Of a stretch of 33,800 bases of DNA, positions 28,831 to 33,800 are shown in pieces. The notes beneath the pieces were generated by a model. The model saw only the letters and a program-made list of their open reading frames with translations, searched no databases and was not told the DNA's origin. The position numbers were made by a program, and so were the translations under genes. The DNA is from Gammaproteobacteria bacterium (GTDB lineage: Bacteria > Pseudomonadota > Gammaproteobacteria > Ga0077554 > Ga007554): the NCBI GenBank assembly GCA_046590885.1, contig JBKJTS010000105.1:1-33800 (forward strand), read 5' to 3'. Numbering within the stretch: the stretch's first letter is position 1; each line of letters starts with the position of its first letter.

Positions 28831-29160
28831 TCAGCCTAAAACAATGCGCTGCTTTTTATCTTTGTTTTTAAGATAAAGCAGGGCAATATGACCAATTCTT
28901 TGTATTAATTCTGCGCGCGTATGAGCACATATTTCGTCTATAATACGATTCCGTTCAAGACGATCCACCGCACCCACCTTGATTTTAATCAACTCGTGAT
29001 GTGTCAGTGACAGGCTAATTTCGTTGAGTACACTGGCGGTGAGACCGGCGTTACCAATCCTAACCACCGGTTTTAACTTGTGGCCGAGGGTGCGCAGTTG
29101 ACGTGTGGCTGTGGCCTGCAGTTTTTTAGAAGGGGCCGAGAGTATTGGATTAAGGGACAT
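28831..29160 (-). CDS. yhbY: YhbY RNA-binding protein (CRM domain)
   Basis: 'LRTLGHKLKPVVRIGNAGLT', 'HHELIKIKV', 'QRIGHIALLY'; divergent from the rlmE-ftsH operon as usual. Confidence 0.92.
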   Translation of the reverse strand: MSLNPILSAPSKKLQATATRQLRTLGHKLKPVVRIGNAGLTASVLNEISLSLTHHELIKIKVGAVDRLERNRIIDEICAHTRAELIQRIGHIALLYLKNKDKKQRIVLG

Positions 29161-29170
29161 AATTAATTAC

Positions 29171-29443
29171 ATGAAAGAGAACCAGCGTAGGAATATACCA
29201 CAAAGTGCCGCAGGTTTCACGGTTGCGCCCAGTCCGTTTAACGGCGTAAAGCTGGAGTTGGCAGTGATTTTTTGCGTGGGCGTGCTACTGTTGCTGCTAC
29301 AGGGACGAATTACCAGTAATTCGTTGTTACAGTTGGGGTTGTTGGCGGGGTATGGCGGTGTGAGTATGCTGTGGGTGCTCTATCGGGTGCGTCAGATCAT
29401 GCGCAAAGTGGGAGTCCACCATGGCCAGAACCAAGAGCAGTAG
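29171..29443 (+). CDS. Small hypothetical membrane protein (about 90 aa, 2 predicted TM helices)
   Basis: In-frame ATG at 29171; two hydrophobic segments ([14 protein letters not shown]; [20 protein letters not shown]) and a basic tail; fills the yhbY-rlmE gap and overlaps rlmE by 23 nt. Confidence 0.6.
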   Translation: MKENQRRNIPQSAAGFTVAPSPFNGVKLELAVIFCVGVLLLLLQGRITSNSLLQLGLLAGYGGVSMLWVLYRVRQIMRKVGVHHGQNQEQ

Positions 29444-30041
29444 CCGCTGGCTCAAAGAGCATTTTGTTGACACCTATGTCAAAAAATCGTGGCAGGATGG
29501 CTACCGTTCGCGTGCTGCCTATAAGCTTCTGGAGATTAATGAGCGTGACCAGTTGCTGCGGCCGGGGATGACGGTACTGGATCTGGGTGCGGCGCCGGGA
29601 GGATGGGCGCAAATAGCTTCTAAAATTTTAGGGGATAAGGGTCGCGTCATTGCTACTGATATCCTGGAAATGGAACCTTTGCCGCAAGTGGAGTTCTTAC
29701 AGGGAGATTTCCGCGAACAGCCTATAGTTGACAAATTGCTAAAAATGCTGGAAGGTCGCTCTGTAGGCCTTGTAATTTCTGATATGGCCCCTAATATAAG
29801 TGGGGTGACCTCTGTGGATCAGCCAAGATCGATCTATCTGGCTGAGTTGGCACTGGATATGGCACGCCGGGTATTAGTTCCGGGTGGTGATTTTCTGGTT
29901 AAAGTGTTTCAAGGCAGTGGGGATGAAGGTTTTCGCAAGCAGGTACAGGCTTCATTCTCAAAAATTTTGGTGCGTAAGCCCAAAGCATCCCGGCCACAGA
30001 GTAGAGAAGTGTATATACTGGCGAGGGGTTTCCGACCTTAA
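29421..30041 (+). CDS. rlmE: 23S rRNA Um2552 2'-O-methyltransferase RlmE (FtsJ)
   Basis: '[10 protein letters not shown]', 'DLGAAPGGW', 'SDMAPN', 'LVKVFQG', 'SREVY'. Confidence 0.97.
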   Translation: MARTKSSSRWLKEHFVDTYVKKSWQDGYRSRAAYKLLEINERDQLLRPGMTVLDLGAAPGGWAQIASKILGDKGRVIATDILEMEPLPQVEFLQGDFREQPIVDKLLKMLEGRSVGLVISDMAPNISGVTSVDQPRSIYLAELALDMARRVLVPGGDFLVKVFQGSGDEGFRKQVQASFSKILVRKPKASRPQSREVYILARGFRP

Positions 30042-30221
30042 ATGTCTTAATGGGCGCATGAAGTTGTTAGGTGAATCCCCGCAGCCAGCTGTGGAGAGAA
30101 CGTGGCGAGAGCTTCAAACCCGAAGGTATTGGATTACGCTAATAGTGGCTTGGAATATGCATGTGCAAAATGTCTGCTGTCAAAAAAGTATTAAGCTGAC
30201 ACTAATTGGAGGCACGTAAAG

Positions 30222-32165
30222 TTGAACGATATGGCTAAAAATATAATTTTATGGGTAGTGATCGCCATTGTGCTGGTGTCGGTCTTCAATAACTTTGGGC
30301 CGCCCCAAGTGTCCGCGCAGCAACTGCCCTATTCTGAATTCATAGCGAATGTCAAGAATGGTAATGTCCAGAAAGTGGTGATTGAAGGCCGCACGGTACA
30401 AGGTGTGTACCAGAGCGGTGAAAAATTTGTCACTTACAGTCCAGGCGATAATGGCTTGGTGGGCGACTTGCTGGATAAAGGCGTGGTCATCTCTGCCCGT
30501 CCGCAAGAGCAGCAAAGTGTCCTCATGCAGATGTTCATTTCCTGGTTTCCGATGATTCTGTTGATTGGTGTGTGGATTTTCTTCATGCGTCAAATGCAGG
30601 GCGGCGGCGGCAAGGGTGGTGCTATGTCGTTTGGGCGCAGCAAGGCACGTCTGATGGGTGAAGATCAGGTAAAGATAACCTTTGCCGATGTAGCAGGCGT
30701 TGACGAAGCCAAAGAAGAAGTGGGCGAACTTGTCGAGTTTTTGCGTGATCCCAGCAAGTTCCAGAAACTGGGCGGCAAGATTCCTCGTGGCATATTGATG
30801 GTCGGCTCACCGGGTACCGGTAAGACGCTGCTGGCCAAGGCGATTGCCGGTGAGGCCAAGGTCCCGTTTTTCTCGATCTCCGGCTCCGACTTTGTGGAAA
30901 TGTTTGTCGGCGTGGGCGCGGCTCGCGTGCGCGACATGTTTGAGCAGGCCAAGAAGCATGCGCCGTGCATTATCTTCATTGACGAAATTGATGCAGTAGG
31001 GCGGCATCGCGGTGCCGGCCTGGGTGGCGGTCATGACGAACGTGAGCAAACCCTTAACCAGTTACTGGTGGAAATGGACGGTTTTGAAGGCAGCGAAGGC
31101 GTAATCGTGATTGCGGCGACTAACCGTCCGGATGTTCTGGATCCGGCTTTGTTGCGTCCAGGTCGTTTTGATCGTCAAGTGGTGGTGCCATTGCCGGATG
31201 TGCGAGGCCGCGAGCAAATTCTGAAAGTGCATATGCGCAAAGTCCCGATTGACGATAATGTCAAGCCGTCGATTATTGCCCGCGGAACTCCGGGCTTTTC
31301 GGGGGCAGATCTTGCCAATCTGGTGAATGAATCAGCCCTGTTTGCCGCACGCGCTAATCGTCGCACCGTGGAAATGCGTGATTTTGAAAAGGCCAAGGAC
31401 AAAATCATGATGGGTGCGGAACGCCGTTCCATGGTGATGAATGAAGATGAAAAGAAACTCACGGCGTATCACGAAGCGGGTCATGCCATTGTGGGTCGCT
31501 TGGTGCCTGCGCATGATCCTGTGCATAAAGTTAGCATTATTCCGCGAGGCCGGGCGCTGGGTGTTACCATGTTCCTGCCCACGGAAGACCGTTATAGCTA
31601 CAGCAAGCAGCGCCTGGAAAGCCAGATCTCCAGCATGTTCGGTGGTCGGATTGCGGAAGAGCTAATTTTTGGGCCAGAGTTTGTGACTACAGGTGCCAGC
31701 AACGACATCATGCGTACTACCGACTTGGCGCGTAACATGGTTACCAAGTGGGGCCTGTCTGATCGCTTGGGGCCATTGACCTATAGCGAAGAGGATGGTG
31801 AGGTGTTTCTGGGTCGTTCAATGACGCAGCATAAATCCGTGTCCGCCGAAACCGCGCATATTATCGACGAAGAAATTCGCCTGATCGTAGACCGTAATTA
31901 TGAGCGCGCCAAGAAAATCCTGGTTGAACACACGGACAAGCTGCATGACATGGCGGCGGCGCTAGTGAAGTATGAAACCATCGATGCTGAACAAATTGAT
32001 GACATCATGGCCGGCAAAGAGCCGCGTCCACCGAAAGACTGGGATGAAGATTCCGGTTCAGGGTCGGGTCGTCCTGCGGCAGGCGCGTCGCCCAGTGGTG
32101 ACAGCAAGCCTGATCCAGATATTACGATTGGTGGGCCAGCCAGCCAGCATTATCAACAGCATTAA
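30222..32165 (+). CDS. ftsH: ATP-dependent zinc metalloprotease FtsH
   Basis: Two TM helices, GSPGTGKT, 'FIDEIDAVG', SRH '[19 protein letters not shown]', HEAGH; TTG start with GGAGG SD. Confidence 0.98.
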   Translation: MNDMAKNIILWVVIAIVLVSVFNNFGPPQVSAQQLPYSEFIANVKNGNVQKVVIEGRTVQGVYQSGEKFVTYSPGDNGLVGDLLDKGVVISARPQEQQSVLMQMFISWFPMILLIGVWIFFMRQMQGGGGKGGAMSFGRSKARLMGEDQVKITFADVAGVDEAKEEVGELVEFLRDPSKFQKLGGKIPRGILMVGSPGTGKTLLAKAIAGEAKVPFFSISGSDFVEMFVGVGAARVRDMFEQAKKHAPCIIFIDEIDAVGRHRGAGLGGGHDEREQTLNQLLVEMDGFEGSEGVIVIAATNRPDVLDPALLRPGRFDRQVVVPLPDVRGREQILKVHMRKVPIDDNVKPSIIARGTPGFSGADLANLVNESALFAARANRRTVEMRDFEKAKDKIMMGAERRSMVMNEDEKKLTAYHEAGHAIVGRLVPAHDPVHKVSIIPRGRALGVTMFLPTEDRYSYSKQRLESQISSMFGGRIAEELIFGPEFVTTGASNDIMRTTDLARNMVTKWGLSDRLGPLTYSEEDGEVFLGRSMTQHKSVSAETAHIIDEEIRLIVDRNYERAKKILVEHTDKLHDMAAALVKYETIDAEQIDDIMAGKEPRPPKDWDEDSGSGSGRPAAGASPSGDSKPDPDITIGGPASQHYQQH

Positions 32166-32185
32166 GAGTAAGCTATAGAAGAGGA

Positions 32186-32212
32186 AACAAGGGGGCCTTT
32201 GGCCCCTTTGTT
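32186..32212 (+). terminator. Probable intrinsic terminator after ftsH
   Basis: AACAAGGGGGCC-TTT-GGCCCCTTTGTT hairpin with a T-rich tail. Confidence 0.65.
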
Positions 32213-32255
32213 GTTGTATACCCCCAAATCCCTTTGATATTTGATCGCAATAAAT

Positions 32256-33098
32256 ATGTTGAATACATTGAATTGTGGCGGAAAAATTTTAGATTTAAGC
32301 CAACCCCAGGTAATGGGCATACTCAATGTTACCCCCGATTCTTTTTCCGACGGGGGTATTTTTTTGTCTGTAGAATCTGCGTTGACGCAAGCGCGGCGCA
32401 TGATGGATGAGGGCGCAACGATTATTGATGTGGGCGGAGAGTCCACGCGCCCCGGGGCAGGGGCAGTGACTTCCTGGCAGGAAATGGATAGGGTGCTGCC
32501 AGTGATAGCAGCGATTCAGCGCGCTTTGCCGGTGATTATTTCTATCGATACCAGCAAGCCCGATGTAATGCGCGCAGCAATAGCGGCCGGAGCGGGCATG
32601 ATTAACGATGTGCGTGCCTTGCGTGAAGAGGGCGCGTTACAGATGGCGGTGCGCTGTGCCGTGCCAGTGTGTCTGATGCACATGCAGGGCGAACCACGTA
32701 CCATGCAGCACACGCCCATCTATGATGATGTGGTGAAAGAGGTTAAAGACTTTCTTGTGGAACGTATTGCAGCTTGTGTAGCAGTAGGCCTGCCGCGTGA
32801 GCATTTGATAATTGATCCGGGCTTTGGTTTTGGCAAGGCTTTAGGGCATAATTTAAATTTATTAAAGCACATGCACACCTTTCAGACGCTGGATTTGCCG
32901 ATGCTGGTGGGCGTCTCACGAAAATCCATGATCGGCGCGGTGTTGGACCATCCGATTGAACAGCGCTTACCTGCCAGCATTGCATTGGCGGCGTTAGCGG
33001 TGTGGCAGGGCGCAATGATTATTCGCGCGCATGATGTGCGGGCAACGGTAGATGCAGTGAAAATGATATGGGCTGTTAAACAGGGAAGTTTATCCTGA
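32256..33098 (+). CDS. folP: Dihydropteroate synthase
   Basis: 'MGILNVTPDSFSDGG', 'DVGGESTRPGA', 'SIDTSK', 'DPGFGFGK', 'GVSRKS', 'IRAHDV'. The ATG at 32256 is preferred over the TTG at 32241. Confidence 0.96.
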   Translation: MLNTLNCGGKILDLSQPQVMGILNVTPDSFSDGGIFLSVESALTQARRMMDEGATIIDVGGESTRPGAGAVTSWQEMDRVLPVIAAIQRALPVIISIDTSKPDVMRAAIAAGAGMINDVRALREEGALQMAVRCAVPVCLMHMQGEPRTMQHTPIYDDVVKEVKDFLVERIAACVAVGLPREHLIIDPGFGFGKALGHNLNLLKHMHTFQTLDLPMLVGVSRKSMIGAVLDHPIEQRLPASIALAALAVWQGAMIIRAHDVRATVDAVKMIWAVKQGSLS

Positions 33099-33121
33099 TG
33101 GTGGGTCATGCACATTAATAT

Positions 33122-33335
33122 TGTCATTCCGTGCATAGCGAGGAATCTTACGATCCCCGACAACGTCCAGACGTTGCTCTACCTTCCGCTGTGCATGGAG
33201 GCACGAGTGCCACCAGAGGGCCGCTCCAACGCATCCTGCGTTCGCGACACTCGTCCATCCATGGACAGCGCAGGATGCTGAAAGTGGCGGCCATCCATGA
33301 TGATCACATGGGGTTATCACTGCGTTCGGGATGAT
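33122..33335. repeat. Palindromic MITE/REP-like intergenic element, copy 3 (nested)
   Basis: Imperfect terminal inverted repeats (GTCATTCCG...GGAATCT and ...CGGGATGAT), internal hairpin GCATCCTGCG (33231-33240) / CGCAGGATGC (33269-33278), and motifs shared with copy 2. Confidence 0.7.
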
Positions 33336-33422
33336 AATATTCCTCTAACTCGCGCTGAATCCGATCCAAATCGATTCCGAGCAGGTGTCAATCACTCTTT
33401 TTAGAATAATAGGAAGTGCATC

Positions 33423-33800
33423 ATGTCCAAAGTACAGCAAAGAAAATATTTTGGTACCGACGGCATCCGTGGTCTGGTGGGGAAAACGCCGATTACTGCC
33501 GAATTTGTACTGAAGCTGGGCTGGGCTGCGGGGCGCGTATTAACCAGAGAGGGACGGAAGGAAGGGCGCGGCAAAGTACTGATTGGAAAAGACACGCGTA
33601 TTTCGGGTTATATGCTGGAGTCCGCTTTACAGGCGGGGCTGTCCTCTGCAGGGGTCGATATCCGTTTGTTGGGTCCTATGCCTACGCCCGCGATTGCCTA
33701 TCTAACGCGTACCCTGCATGCCCAGGCGGGCATCGTGATCAGTGCGTCGCACAATCCCTATCAGGACAACGGCATCAAGTTTTTTTCGGCGCAGGGCACG
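33423..33800 (+). CDS. glmM: Phosphoglucosamine mutase, 3'-truncated by the window edge
   Basis: Manual translation: [17 protein letters not shown]...[16 protein letters not shown]...[19 protein letters not shown]; follows folP as usual. Confidence 0.96.
   Translation, partial: MSKVQQRKYFGTDGIRGLVGKTPITAEFVLKLGWAAGRVLTREGRKEGRGKVLIGKDTRISGYMLESALQAGLSSAGVDIRLLGPMPTPAIAYLTRTLHAQAGIVISASHNPYQDNGIKFFSAQGT

Noticed and set aside
30077-30096. Imperfect hairpin CCCCGCAGC-CA-GCTGTGGAG upstream of ftsH, loosely similar to about 27221-27235
   Set aside because: Too short and degenerate to call a repeat family or regulatory RNA.
1-33800. CRISPR array, tRNA/rRNA, integrase, transposase or prophage genes
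   Set aside because: None seen. The Fe-S PD-(D/E)XK domain resembles Cas4 but is the C-terminus of a 922-aa AddB-like protein, with no cas genes or repeat-spacer array nearby.

Overview
Chromosomal window from a proteobacterium, most likely a gammaproteobacterium (inferred from gene content and order). Left to right: (1) a minus-strand surface-glycan export block, transcribed as wzt (with C-terminal domain), a polysaccharide pyruvyltransferase, a GT4 glycosyltransferase and a truncated wzm; (2) a short rubrerythrin, Fe-S oxidoreductase and DUF3501 oxidative-stress operon with a palindromic operator; (3) a DNA-maintenance block of parE, parC, an AddB-like nuclease, an AddA-like helicase-nuclease, an HU-family protein and a ruvB with no ruvA/ruvC beside it; (4) glrK-qseG-glrR (QseEGF); (5) a DUF6502 gene and two paralogous DUF5666 lipoprotein genes; (6) yhbY, a small membrane ORF, rlmE, ftsH, folP and a partial glmM. 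The best candidate for an undescribed system is block 5. Both of its transcription units have the same TTGACA-N17-TATAWT promoter, with the palindrome TGGGAATATAWTCCCA over the -10 box. The DUF6502 gene looks leaderless and encodes HTH-like motifs, which suggests an autoregulated repressor controlling a lipoprotein regulon. Also noted: a decayed copy of the 3' end of the AddA-like gene, a family of nested palindromic intergenic repeats, and Val at the ParC Ser80-equivalent position. Family names come from motif recognition, not database searches.
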